From the human T2T-CHM13v2.0 reference genome, Homo sapiens: 64,000 bases of DNA. The position numbers and the translations under genes were made by a program. Within the stretch, counting starts at the first letter, position 1, and each line of letters starts with the position of its first letter. The notes beneath the pieces were generated by a model. That model was not told the DNA's origin, made no database searches, and was given only the letters and a program-made list of their open reading frames with translations. Shown here in pieces: positions 12,961-26,425 of the stretch. The stretch lies in assembly GCF_009914755.1 (NCBI RefSeq), contig NC_060926.1. One strand, 5' to 3'.

Positions 12961-14384
12961 TTTTGGTTCTAAAGAGTAATTTATAGTTGCAATTATAGCC
13001 CACACTTTAAAATATATGATAATGTAAACCTCTTTTGGTAATTTTTAGGTTTTTTCTTTTTTTCAAAGTGACGTTCCATTCAAACGTTACTCTCAGGCTC
13101 AAACTATTTATGCTGAATTTTTAGTTCTTGCTGTAAATGAATTCACTCAAAGAAGCTCTTGCCCATTATAAATTGTCCTGTATATGAAATCACAGAATCA
13201 TGAATCAAGGCATTTTAGAACTTGGAAAACATTTTCAGGAAGCCATCTGCCTTTGTATGCCCACTTTGCAGTTGAACATTTTAGAAATTGGATGATACAG
13301 CTGACTGTCAGGGATATGGCAGGTAGGGGGAAAAGATAAGATTCTAAGTCTTATGATTCCCAACAGTTATCCCTACACTATGCTTATGCAATTTTGCCCA
13401 AATCATCAAAATTCTTTGCATCTGAGAACTCAAGAATTATACTTGATACATGGTCATACCTATAAAGTTTTTGGAGAAGATTGAGAAAAGGTGCCATTCA
13501 AAATTTAAATATAGTTACATAATTCTTGATTACTTGGGTCTCTGGATTCGAATGGAAGTACAGATAATTGAAAAAAAAACCTCGAATGCTTAAAAATATT
13601 TTAGCTCTGTTCTGTTTTATAATGTATGACATTCTCAAAATTACATTATATTTTTACTCTGAAGGTTTTAAAATGGTTTTTGGCCAAAAGTATTAAAATT
13701 CTGACCTAATAATCTAAAAACAGTAGATAATTCAGAAAGTATTTATATTAAGCTTTGTAAAACCTTATAGAATATTCTGGTAGTGAATTTATCTTTTCTA
13801 AATATATCTTGAGAAATGTGTAAAATTAGTTTGTCTTTCCTCTGAGCACAAATCACTAGTAGTGGGTGGTAGAAGAAGTCAGTTTTGAATTAAAAATTTG
13901 TCTTAGATAATCCACTGAGCCAAGAATATGCATTTAGATGTTACAGAGTTGCTCGTATTTCAATTTTTTAAGGCATTAAGAAAATACTCAAAATTGAGAG
14001 AGATGTTTTTGGATCATTAAAACTACTTAGTATCAATAAGAAATACAAATAAAAAAAACTCACCTTATTACTTATTGCATTATACTTGATTCCCTCCCAT
14101 GTCCCCCTCTTGAAATTACAGCTGGTTAACAGATGGCAGACACTAAGATTGCACAAAGAAGCAGTCACACGCACACATGCATCCTCTTAATGAGGCCCCC
14201 ACTTCTTAGGGTGTCCAGTGAAGACTACTGGCTGAGAAAGACCCAATTGGCAGTCTTCTGTCAGAGCTAATGTGGAAAGGGGAGGGTTTGGGGATACATT
14301 AACTCTGTATGTGTGTCCCACAAGACCAGTGGCTAAGTCACATGTTCAAAGTTCTAACATAGTGGAGCCTTCTCTGAATGTTCT

Positions 14385-14729
14385 GTGTTGTTGTTGTGTT
14401 TTTTTTTTTGTTTTTTTTTTTTGTTTTGTTTTGTTCTGAGACACGGTCTTACTCTGTCACCCAGGCTGGGGTGCAGTGGCGTGATCGTGGCTCAATGTAG
14501 CCTCGGTCTTCCAGGTCCAGGGGATCCTCCTACCTCAGCCTCCAAGTAGCTAGGACTACAGGTGCATACCACCACACCCAGCTAATTTTTGTATTTTTTT
14601 TTTTTTTTTTTTGTAGAGACAAGGTTTTGCCACATTGCCTAGGCTGGTCTTGAACTCAGAGCTCAAGCGGTCCACCCACCTCGGCCTCCTGAAGTGTTGG
14701 GATTACAGGTGCGAGCCATTGCGCCAGGA
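14385..14729 (-). mobile_element. AluJ, full length
   Basis: Antisense dimer with a T/GTT-rich tail and expanded middle T-run; CTGAATGT on both flanks. Confidence 0.95.
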
Positions 14730-14759
14730 CTGAATGTCTATATTCTTGAAGGAGACCTT

Positions 14760-15270
14760 CTGGGGCATGTTGAGTAGGGAAGTGACAAGACCAAGTTGAA
14801 AAGACTGTTCTTGCTGCAGTGAGGAGAGTGAACTTTTTAATGGCTGTGCAGAGGAAGGTTGGGGGTGCGTGGGGGTGGATGGCTACTGAGGCAAGAGGGG
14901 AAGCATGGAGACTCATAGCTGGCTCTTGTGGTGGTTCAGATGAGGGATGATACAGCTTGATCTAGAGAAGTGCCCAGATTCCAGAAAAAGTAGAGTTGAA
15001 TCAACAGGACATGGTGATTAATTGGCAGTATGAGCGCAAGAGAGAGAGAGGTCTCAAGGAAAGCTCCCAGGTTCCTGGCTTAAACATCTGGTTGGGTAAA
15101 GCCATTCATAAAAATGCGGGAAATTCAAATAGGTGGAAGTTGGTAGGAGACAATCAAGAAGTCCATGTTGGACATGTTAAGTGTGAGATATCAGTAAAAT
15201 ATTCAGGTGGAAATGCCAGGGAGACCACCTGGAGCTCAGAGGCGAAGTATAGAGAGAGTGCTGGAGACTT
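14760..15270 (-). mobile_element. L2 LINE fragment
   Basis: GGTTCAGATGAGGGATGATACAGCTTGA, TTGGACATGTTAAGTGTGAGAT and CTGGAGCTCAGAGG are antisense L2 motifs. Confidence 0.7.
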
Positions 15271-15279
15271 CTGTTTTAG

Positions 15280-15430
15280 GACGTTTTATGTCTTTCAAAG
15301 CACTTATATTAATTTAATCTCAGTCACATAACAATCTCTTTATGAGCTCAGCAGAGGAGATATTGTTATCCTACATTTCACAGGTGAAAATTGAAACAAA
15401 AAGACATTCAGAGACTTTGCCAAGTTCACA
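15280..15430 (-). mobile_element. MIR SINE fragment
   Basis: ATTTAATCTCAGTCACATAACAA...ACAGGTGAAAATTGA...GACTTTGCCAAGTTCACA. Confidence 0.55.
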
Positions 15431-18400
15431 TCCCCTGATCCAAGGACATCCTATGGGATATGGTAATGTGATCTTGTTCTTCCATCTCAAAGTCTTACTG
15501 ATTGGTTTAGTCTGATTTGAGACTTGCTTTCTAGTTTTCTACAAGTGGATCAAGAAGCAGGGTTTTTCCTCTTTAAAGAGCATCCCAGATTCCATAAGTA
15601 TTAAAGGGCCACAAGTCAACTTTATTGCTGTCTCTTGTCTCTTGAGGTCCAATGAAGAAAGAAAAGGGATTATTTTCAGCTCAAAAAGAGTTCAAGGCCA
15701 CCCATGGTTCCCATCAACCCTGACAGAGTAGGTACTGCAGAAATGATGGCAAAGGTACAGCCTATGGTTCTGCAGAAAACTGTTGTGTGTGTGTGTGTGT
15801 ATGTGTGCACGCCTAGTGCATGGAGGGACAGTGCTATCATCCGTTGGGTCCCAGCAGGAACAACAGTAGACCTGTAGATTAAGAGTTTGTTCTGTTGCCT
15901 CAGGCAGTTGGTCTTCAGGCTCTCACTCTTGCAGGGCATCTGGGTGTCATCCTAACTTATCACGAGTGTCTGGGCATCCAGGAGTTCAACTACCTAGACA
16001 TAAAACCCGTCAGTTCTTTTAAAACATCCAGCTAAAAGTCAGTCACATTTCAAACCTATCTTTGGAGGCTGTAAGAACCCCTTATTATAACCAAGATGCA
16101 ATAGGCTTAAATTTTTGAGGGAAAAACCTGGTGACCAGACAGTCTTAAGAAAAAGTGGGGTTTGCTTAGGGAACTCGATGCCCCAGGGATGTACATGTCT
16201 CAGAAACCAGGGCCAACTTCAGGTTCCTTTGCTCCTTTTCTCTAGCCAAGGTTCGTCTAGCTTTAAACATATTTTTCTCTGTGCATATTTGAACACTCCC
16301 TTGTCCTTTCAGCTCCAACATACTTTTTTTCTCCTTTCATTAACTTGACATTAAACATGTCTTCCCTCAGCTGCTACACAGACTCTATTTTCAGTAGGAG
16401 AAGGTGAACATTGCTGCACTTTGGGTTCAACTAACATCTTGAACTATTTTTCAGATGTTGTGCGTAAACCCAAACCCTAAATAACTTTAGCTGAATACTT
16501 TCCCTTTATTTTTTATAGCCTCAATATGTATATAAAGGGAAATATATCCCACATGGTTCTGATTTTATTTATTCCCAATTCCTCAAGAGGTTATTTTCTG
16601 AGACATGGTGGAAGTTCCAGAAGCTTCATGAACATTTTTTCTCCCTCAGCAAAACCCATCTTTCTCAAGCTTAGAAGACCCCCGATCAGTAACTTCGTCA
16701 TCAAAGTTTTCTTCTGAACTATGTAAACTGCAGGAATTAGGTCCAAAGAGTGTCTCCACAGTTGTCTTCCAGTCTTCAATTTCCTAGATCTTCCTAAGTC
16801 TATGTATTTAGGGCATTAGAAATGTACATACCTTGAGATTTTCTTTCAACTTAATCTTTCTGGTTTCAATCAACCCACAAAGATGTACTTAGCATCTCCA
16901 GTAGGTCCAGCCAGTGCTGGAGAGAGGTCCTTGGGGGTTGTAGAATATAAAAGTAATTTTGAACAAAATGCCTTTCACTTGGGCCAGTAGAGTGAGGGTG
17001 TCTGTGGCCTGTTAGGAATACAGGGCTAGAAAGAAGGTAGGAGAACAGGTGGGCAGTTTAGAAGTCATGAGACCGAATGTGCTCCCAGAGGAGTCAGAAT
17101 CAAAAGGGAAAGAGAAGGTTGCAGGGAAAGTAAGGAGGCACCAAGGGTTGGGAAGGAAGGTCTGAGATGAAGCCTGGGAGAGCATCCAGCGCTCTGTAGG
17201 ATGAGAGCAGGTGTCCTTGTCCCCTGAATCCGCGTGTCTGTGTCTCGTGATGCATCTTACAACAGATTATTGTTGCAACAGGAAGGGTTTGCTGATGGAA
17301 ATCATTTTTCACATACCAGTTTATTTTCATACTGAAGGAAAAAGCCGGTAGAGAAATTTTCTCAGAACTCACATCCTCATGGGTCACTTGGCACTTGGGA
17401 CAGACACTGTGAAAAAGTGACAGGAACTAGTTTTTTCTTAAAAAAGATATTCCTAAAAGAATAAACAAACTCAAGCAAAACCACTAGATCCACTAAGGAC
17501 CCAAACACTATTTAAAAATGCCCAAACACTTAAGCTGGGGGAACAGAGGAAATTCCAGGGAACAACTGAAAGAAGAGGAGAAGCACTTAAAAATAGGTGG
17601 GGTTCATTTCCTCAGTGCACGAAGTTTTCTCCAACCCTTGCCTCAAGGCTTCGTGTTTCTGGTATTAATAATTCACAGGAAAAGGTAATGAAGTAACCCT
17701 AGTCTGGTCCGGAATGGAAATGATTTAGAGCTTTAATGAAGGATGTACCTTACCAGGGAGTTTTCTCCATAGCCGTGTTATGCATCTCCTAACACGCTCT
17801 CCTGGGTTTGTTCTGACTCAAGTATGGTTTCATTGATGATATAGAACAGTTTAATGTTTGGCAAAAGAATTACCACCTCGAGCTTGGGACAGCTGACTAT
17901 AGATCAATTCTGCTTCCACAGCCAATTTCTGTTGGGCATGATTATCTGAAGGCAGCTCTTGGCTCGTGTATACGATTAGCATGGTTAAATGAAGATTTAA
18001 TGACCCAGGATTCAGCTGTTTAGTTTTCAGTATACCTACATCTTCCAACTAATCATTCTGACACACCCTTCCTTAAAGGGAGCAGTACATCTGGGACTCA
18101 TTTTCGTAGACACAATCAGGGGCTTGAGCACCAAAGATGGTACCATTCTACAGGAAGTGACTCAGAGTCCGATGAGAGTGAGTGTGTAGGAGTTATTGCT
18201 ACCTGTCCCCAGAACAGCGAACATGGACTTAGCACCGTTATGAAAGGTCTGTATTTCTCAGCCCTCGTCCTGGTCCCTTGTGGTAGAATGAAGGAACTAA
18301 GACCATACCAACCTGTCCAAACCAAGAAAGTAATTTCACATCAGAAAGAGATTAACTCTCTCAACCCTCCGTGTTCAGCTTGCTGGTTATTATTTCACGA

Positions 18401-19352
18401 CCCATCCTCTGCTTTTGACTCCTGATATTCAGAGAAGGCCCTCCTCTGAAGTGAACAAAGCCTCTCCTTCGTAGAGGGTGCCTGCTTTCTCCTGTACCTC
18501 CCCAGCAATGATGCATCCCTGTGAAAGCAAATTGAGATGCCTGCTCTCCCTCCCTCCCTCTCCTGAGGCTTATGGTTGCACAGTGGCTGTGGCTGGCTCC
18601 ACTGTGGAGCTGCTGGGGTCTCTGTAATGTTATTTGACTTATACATATTTTATTATGTTTGGCTGTTGGTGATATTTAGATTAAAATGATTTCCAGATTA
18701 TAATAAGGGCTGCACTCCATTAAAGGAGAGCAGTTAGATCACTGACCATGTTAAAATCCTCAAAATTGGGGACTGTATATCAAGACACCTAGGAAAAGGG
18801 TTTCAAAAGTTGGAATGGGGGTAACATGGGAAACTCCACAACCCATATGTAGCATTTTTGGCTTAAAGGAACTGCTGAACCTTGAAAAAGATTTATACCA
18901 CATTTATTATGGTGCGACAACATCACCAAGGATATAAACCAGTCACTGGCACTCTCTCAAAGAACACATCATTGTAACTCGTTATAACAATACTGCTGTG
19001 ATATGTGCTTGTAATATTTATAAAGGCTAAGCTATGAAAACAGTACATGCCAACTGTCAGCAGTGATGTATCATTTAAAACAAAAGAGAGTGTACACAAC
19101 ATAATGGTTTAAATGAACTCCATAAAAATGCATTGTTCTGCTGAAGCAGTTTGGCCGTGTGGACCTCCAGTGTCATGCACTGCTTTCCAGGATTTTCTGT
19201 GGCTTGGCCTCTGGGAGCTCTTTCTAGCTCCCTTTGCTGTTTTCAGAAATCCTGCAGTGTTCTTGGCAACCTGGCTGGACTCTGTATCTGGTTACTTAGT
19301 TCCTAGCAGAGTACCTTGCTAAGAATGCTTGTAATCTATATAGGTAGGCTGA

Positions 19353-19581
<229 letters not shown>

Positions 19582-20461
19582 GATTTGATTTTTATATGGG
19601 TGTGGGACACTTGATGGCCAGTGAGAGGGTGAGGCAAATGGGTTTTACTTCCTTATAAAAAGAAAGGTGATTAAGGGGGCAATCAGGTGGCCTGGCTGAT
19701 AATTTAGCTCTAACTTTGGGTATGTTCTGTGAAGATGCTCGTGGAGCTTTTCTGAAACCAGCAAGATGTGATTAACCAACACTACCCCAGTGAGACAGAT
19801 GCTGGGCAGGTGAAACCACAGCAGCACCCACCAGAGTGGGAAAGAGAAGGAACATTTGATAGTCAACTCAAGAAATAACTCAGTGACTTCTGAGGAGTGG
19901 GCAAGATGTTCAGTTCATACATTACTTTAGTAAAAAGCCAAGATGGCAGGTAAAATCCCTCCCATCAGTGCAGGATGGAGAGAGGAAGATAGGGAGAGTA
20001 AAAGGGAGAAGGAAAGGAATTCTCTTACAGAGATGGCTCTGTAAAGTATGAGCTCTGAACACGCAGACACAGGACATTTTGTAATTAGTGGATCAGCAAT
20101 GACACACAGAAGGCAATGGTCCCTTATTAAAGGAAGAAGGTAAACAAGACACATTCTCTTTGACCAGTCTTTGTTAAGGGTTCCAAACTTATTTGGAGGG
20201 AATTAATAGACCACTGGGAAAATCTGGCTGAGTATGTTTGGAGCTTTACAGGCATTTACATGTAAGTGTAAATGATCTATTTAGCAAGCTGTGTATTTTT
20301 TATGCTATAGTATAGGATTACTTGTCTCAAATAATCCTTTATTCTTTTTGATGTCCTTAGAAGTCTTGAATCAAAACAACTTCTGGTATTTTGAAGAAGT
20401 GATACCTAAATTATCTAGGGTCAACAGACAACATTTACAGTCAAAAAACTTTGCCCAACTT

Positions 20462-22103
20462 TTTTAAAATCTTATTTATTTTATTATACTTTAAGTTCTG
20501 GGGTACATGTGCAGAATGTGCAGGTTTGTTATATGGGTATACACGTGCCATGGTCGTTTGCTGCACCTATCAACCTGTCATCTACATTAGGTATTTCTCC
20601 TAATGCTATCCCTCCCTTAGCCCCTCACCCACCGACAGGCCCTGGTGTGTGATGTACCCCTCCCTGTGTCCATGTGTTCTCATTATTCACCTCCCACTTA
20701 TGAGTGAGAACATGTGGTGTTTGGTTTTCTGTGCTTGTGTTAGTTTGCTGAGAATGATGGTTTCTAGCTTCATCCATGTCCCCGCAAAGGACATGAACTC
20801 ATTGTTTTTTATGGCTGCATAGTATTCCATGACGTATATGTGCCACATTTTCTTAATCCAGTCTATCACTGATGGGCATGTGGGTTGGTTCCAAGTCTTT
20901 GCTATTGTGAACAGTGCCGCAATAAACTTACGTGTGCATGTGTCTTTATAGTAGAATGATTTATAATCCTTTGCGTATATACCCAGTAATGGGATGGCTG
21001 GGTCAAATGGTATTTCTGGTTCTAGATGCTTGAGGAATTGCCACACTATCTTCCACAATGGTCAAACTAATTTACACTCCCACCAACAGTGTAAAAGTGT
21101 TCCTATTTCTCGACATGCTCTCCAGCATCTGTTGTTTCCTGACTTTTTAATGATTGCCATTCTAACTGGTGTGAGATGGTATCTCATTGTGGTTTTATTT
21201 GGATTTCTCTAATGACCAGTGATGATAAGCTTTTTATCATATGTTTGTTGGCCGCAATAATTTCTTTTGATAAGTGTCTGTTCATATCCTTTGCCCACTT
21301 TTTGATGAGGTTGGTTGTTTTTTTCTTGTAAATTTAAGTTCTTTGTAGCTTCTGGATATTAGCCCTTTGTCAGATGAATAGATTGCAAAAATTTTCTCCC
21401 ATTCTGTAGGTTGCCTGTTTACTCTGATGATTGTTTCTTTTGCTGTGCAGAAGCTCTTTAGTTTAATTAGATCCCATTTGTCAATTTTGGCTTTTGTTCC
21501 CATTGCTTTTGGTGTTTTAGTCATGAAGTCTTTCCTCATGCCTATGTCCTGAATGGTATTGCCTAGGTTTTCTTGTAGGGTTTTTATGGTTTTAGGTCTT
21601 GTGTTTAAGTCTTTAATCCATCTTGAGTTAATTTTTGTATAAGGTGTAAGGAAGGGGTCCAGTTTCAGTTTTCTGCATATGGCTAGGCAGTTTTCCCAAC
21701 ACCATTTATTAAATAGGGAATCCTTTCCCCATTGCTTGTTTGTGTCAGGTTTGTCAAAGATCAGATGGTTGTAGATGTGTGGTGTTATTTCTGAGGGCTC
21801 TGTTCTGTTCCATTGGCCTGTATATCTGTTTTGGTACAAATACCATGCTGTTTTGGTTACTGCAGCCTTGTAGTATAGTTTGAAGTCAGGTAGCATGATG
21901 CCTCCAGCTTTGTTCTTTTTGCTTAGGATTGTCTTGGCTATGCAGGCTCTCTTTTTGGTTCCATATGAAATTTTAAGTAGTTTTTCCAATTCTGTGAAGA
22001 AAGTCAATGGTAGCTTGATGGGGATAACATTGAATCTATAAATTACTTTAGGCAGTATGACCATTTTCACAATATTGATTCTTCCTATCTGTGAGCATGG
22101 AAA
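20462..22103 (-). mobile_element. L1PA LINE-1, 5'-truncated (~1.6 kb: 3' ORF2 plus 3' UTR)
   Basis: Antisense L1PA 3' end TTATTATACTTTAAGTTCTGGGGTACATGTGCAG; TSD AAAACTTTG(C/T)CCA(A/T)CTT on both flanks. Confidence 0.97.
20687..22101 (-). pseudogene. Disrupted L1 ORF2p C-terminal portion
   Basis: ORFs 21282..22127 (GRINIVKM...[10 protein letters not shown]...NKWCWEN) and 20687..21058 ([12 protein letters not shown]...WIKKMWHIY.MEYY) are L1 ORF2p sequence broken by frameshifts. Confidence 0.93.
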
Positions 22104-24229
22104 TAAAACTTTGTCCATCTTTATCACTCTTATAGAATGACACCTACAAAGTCATTCCTCCTCTGTAGTGCCAGTCACACAATTGAGAGCAAATGCACCT
22201 AGAAGGGCAGTGAGGAAAGGGGATGAGAATGGGGGAAAAGCCAAAGAGTGGGGCCACAAGGCCCAGGCCATTAAATGGGGGCTGTGGTTGGTATGAGAAG
22301 ATGGGGGCAGGAGGATGGTAACCACAGCAGAGAGGTGGCAGACCTAGGGGATTGGGAGGCTCAGAGAACACATTTCACAGATTGTTCTGGGAGGCTTAAC
22401 TATGGTGATAGCCCTCCTGGCTGATCAGAATGTAATAACTTGGTAACTTCTAGTTTCAGGAAGGTATCATTCCACCGCAGAATTCCTACAGAAATTCCCA
22501 CTCTCACCAGAGGGCTCATCAGGGAAGGAAGCTGGGATCTGTGCTTTGAGAACTCTTCAAGTTAAGATGTTGTCTGGGAATGTCCATGTCCCTCTGGAGA
22601 AAAAGGGCCCTGTTTCTCACGAAGCAATCATTCCTGGAAGCTGACTTGCTTTATCCATGCTCTATCAATCTGCCACCTTTTGGGAGAACTAAATCTAGTC
22701 CAAACATTTTTATAATGCTATTTGATAGTTTGAAACTGAGTCATATTTTATCAAACCTCCATTGTCATAGTTCCAACAGAGAGGTTGAAGAGCTGCCCTC
22801 TAAACACGAAGTTTTAAAAAACAATCTGTGTTCCTCATTAGCCACAGACTTTAAATTTTACTGTTGGAAACTTCTCAACTTAGAAAAATGTTAGGTGAAA
22901 CAGCCTTAAATGTGGGCTTTCTCACGACTGTTAATATTTGATGTGCATACTGAGAAATACTCTTGCTACAGAGTTGGATTTGTGTCTCTGTTGTCCTCAA
23001 ACCCCAAAACTTAAAGAACAATGAGAAGAAGACAAAGTGTGAACAAAAGATTTAGATGCTCTGAAAATCAGCTATACTTTATCAGGGTTTGGTACTGAAA
23101 ACCCAGATTCTAAAGTCCGGGTGATGAAGCCTTTTCTACATGCAGGATAATGGTTTCTGAATAGCAAATCGTCTCATACATAGGTCTCCCTGGTTGATTT
23201 CTGCATGGGTCTCAGAGATGACACGGCTTTCTCACTAAGGAGCATTCATTATTTTAGATGTGCCCTCATTTAGCAGTAAATCATCAACAGTAGAAGTGCA
23301 AAATTTGGAAATGGAGATTCAGCTGGAGAAAATGCTATGTTACTTCTCTCCTTTTGGAAATATTTTATGTCCTTCATCCCATCACTGCATTATACATTTA
23401 AATAAGGAATTCTCCTGTGTAAATTCCTGAACAGACACTACAACTTTATTTGTAATTTTGAAATTGGAAGATACCTTAATCCACCCTTCAACTTTACACA
23501 TGAGAAAAACAAGACCAGCAGGAGACCAAGTGACTTACTCATGCTCATATGAAATAAATTGTTTAATTTAGGGGTTAACTCAACTTCTAAAGTGAAATAA
23601 AATGAACCAACCAAGCACCTGCTTTGTTTCCTATTGTGCACTGAGTGAAGGTTAAAATTCGAAGTTTAAACCTGAGCAGCAGCCCCTCTACTGCCCTCCC
23701 CAAACCTCCACTTCCAGACTAAGGGAAACTGGTCAGAAAATGTTCTTAAGAGCTTTCATTCATAGGATTGCATTCAGGCTTTTCCTTTTTGTGGCAATCA
23801 ACAGTTATAATCAGCAAGTGGGTCACTGCTGGCCCTGATTACAGACAGGAACAGGCTTTATAAGTGTATGGTAACACCAGGCAGGCAGGACTGGCTGAGG
23901 TGGAACAGAAAAAGGAGCAACGGGAGGAGAAAGGTGCCATGGCCCCAGAACCTTGCTCTGAATTGTCAGCTGGAAAAGAACAGTGCCTGGGTGCAGTCAC
24001 TCTTCCTTGAGCCTAAGATCATAGCTTTTCTTCTGGGATAGCCTGGCACTCCACAGACAAGCTGGTGATTCTGAGGGAAGTTTTGGTTCCTTTCTCTTGG
24101 AAAGAAGCCCCCTGAGCAGACTGTGAACGTATTTTGCGTGTTAATTATACCTATAGGACCTATTCGGTCTTCTATTGAAATTCGTGGTTTACTCTCTCTT
24201 CTCCAGCAGTCCACAGGCACCCAGCTGCA

Positions 24230-25020
24230 GAGTTCTCCCGAAGGACGACCTGTGTGTGCCTCCTCCAGGGCACGTCTGTGGCCAACCGGGCGCTCAGGAG
24301 CCTGTGGGGTGGAGTCCTTCTCCGTCCTCTTTGGCCCTCCCTCTGACACTCTCCGCAACCTTTGTTTTGGATTTTCCTCCCTGTAAGCTGTCGCTGTTTC
24401 CCGTGTCTCTGTCGCCATTCCCTCGGTGGCCGGTGCGCAGGGGATACCAACGCAGCCGTTGCCTGGGGACTGGGCCTTGTGCGGGGCCGGTGCTGCGGGC
24501 TGAGAGCGAGGCGGGCAGCCCCAACAGTGCGAGGACCGGCTGGAAAGGTTGAAGGAGACTCAGATTGCCAACGGGGCGGCTACTCTTGCTGCAAAGGGAA
24601 CGAGGACCCGGGCTCTCCCGGCCTCACAGCTGCTCCCCTCCTGGGGATTGGCCCAGGCCTGCACGGCCTGAGCTGCAGACTGCCTGGAGCAGCTTCCGCC
24701 GATGGCCGGGACACGGCCTGCCCCTCCCCACAGCGGCGCTTCTGTCCACAGCAGCCGCCCAGCGCAGGCTCCCCCAAGGTTCCCCGGCAACCCCCACTAC
24801 AATGCAGCGCTGTGGCCTGCGGCGGAGGCAGGAGGCCCGGTGGCGGGTGTTCTCTCTGGCCTGAGCTCTCAGATGGCGCCCATTTTGATGTGCTTGTCAT
24901 TGTCAGAAAGGCCATTCACAAGCCGAGATACTTTCCTCAACGAGACAAAAACACAAGCGATGCTTGCCTTCCCTCCACTCGGAGGGCCAGGAGGGGTTCA
25001 GCGTTCTCACCTCTATCGCT
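24230..25020. promoter_or_regulatory. CpG island; candidate promoter or regulatory element
   Basis: The only GC-rich, CpG-dense, non-Alu stretch in the window. Contains GC boxes, two RFX X-box matches (24458-24470, 24779-24791), a CTCF-like CTCTCAGATGGCGCCC (24866-24881) and a reverse CCAAT (GATTGG) at ~24646; another lies at ~25023. Confidence 0.8.
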
Positions 25021-26374
25021 GAGATTGGACACTAATAAGGGAGGATGACTGTCAGTTATTTGTTCCAGCTGGAAGCAGGGGTACAAAAACAAAATCACCT
25101 CTTAAAGTTTTTTTCTAGAACTGTATATGAATCTATTGGATTTGGGAACATATCCCATTTGTCCAAGCAAACGTGATAGCCACATACACACAAAGAACCC
25201 GAGAGATCATAAATAAAAAACCAAAACTCAAAAGCAACCGCTCAAATAAAATCTGCCCAATATCCCCGAAACTGCTGACCACTTTTATAATCTCCAATGC
25301 GGAGTGTTTCTCATGACTAGCAAAGGGAGGGCTTAGGGACGATGATTCAGAAATTGGCCTGAGCCAAATGTGGGTGTCAGTCTCTGGTGATATTTGATGC
25401 GCCTCAAGTAACCACAGGCAGAGGAGGAACAGAGCCTTCAAATGAGTTCTGGCTTGTGAAAATGACTCAACTTGTTTGGGGGGTGAACTTGAAAGTGTGC
25501 AGCCCAGATGTCAACTTTAAGATCTACTCTGCCTGACACAGCTGTGGTCTTCAAGTTGCCTTGGGATTGGGTGGAGCCACACCCACAGCTGCAGCCGAGC
25601 TGTGCTATTTGCAACTCCCCCAGGGCCAACTGCTGTGAAAAGAACAGTTTATTACAAAAAATAAAACAAAATGCCAGCTCATCTTTACAGTTTCACGGTC
25701 TGCCTTGGGGAAAGGAAAAGGAGTTTTAGTTTTCACCCCTTGTGCACCAAGTGTGCTGTCTGGGGCCCGTTTTGGAAAGATCTGGAAAATTCTCTACTGT
25801 GCTGTTGACTCACTGTCTGACCATGGGCCTGCCATTTAACTTGGCCAGCCACTGCTTCTCTGTTTGGGAAATGGAGAGAATGGCATTTGCCATCTACCAC
25901 ATGGTGATGTATAGAGTGCTTTGGCAACGAAGGTAGATCTGAATGAAATCTGTGATGCGTTATAATCATTTTCTTCAAACAAAGATAACTTCAATCATTG
26001 TTTCAAACAAAGATAACTGAGTTTGGGAAAATTGTTTGTCCTGACAGCCTTAAGAAGCTCATTCAAGTTGATTCAAGGGCAGGCTTTAAAAGAAAACAGT
26101 GTGTCTGAAAGACTATGAAATTGGAATATTGAGGCAAATATTAAAAGTTTTCCTACTCTAAATACAACACAGACAAAAGACAACAAAAATATCTTGTTAT
26201 CAAATGAAACATCAAATTACTAGACTAAAGATAAAAAGTGCTTTCCCCATAATATTCAGCAGATAGGCTAAATGCTACTTATTTAGTGTTAGAAAAACAG
26301 ACCCCTTGTCTATTATTTCTCAGTGCTTAATATATTGAATTTGATCCTTTGAGCCTAGAAAAATGAGTTTGCAC

Positions 26375-26379
<5 letters not shown>

Positions 26380-26417
<38 letters not shown>

Positions 26418-26425
26418 ATATATAT
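26380..26425. repeat. (TG)n/(TA)n microsatellite
   Basis: Direct reading. Confidence 0.95.

Noticed and set aside
16545-16727. Possible minus-strand terminal exon (CCTGCAG acceptor, overlapping AATAAA signals)
   Set aside because: Weak polypyrimidine tract, and AATAAA is frequent in AT-rich DNA; no independent support.
20687-22127. Longest ORF (281 aa) as an active or novel reverse-transcriptase system
   Set aside because: Ordinary 5'-truncated, frameshifted L1 ORF2 lacking promoter, ORF1, endonuclease and RT core.
23966-25048. Cluster of overlapping 76-228 aa ORFs on both strands
   Set aside because: Expected stop-codon depletion in a GC-rich island; A/G/P/R-rich composition, several non-ATG starts, no recognisable domain.
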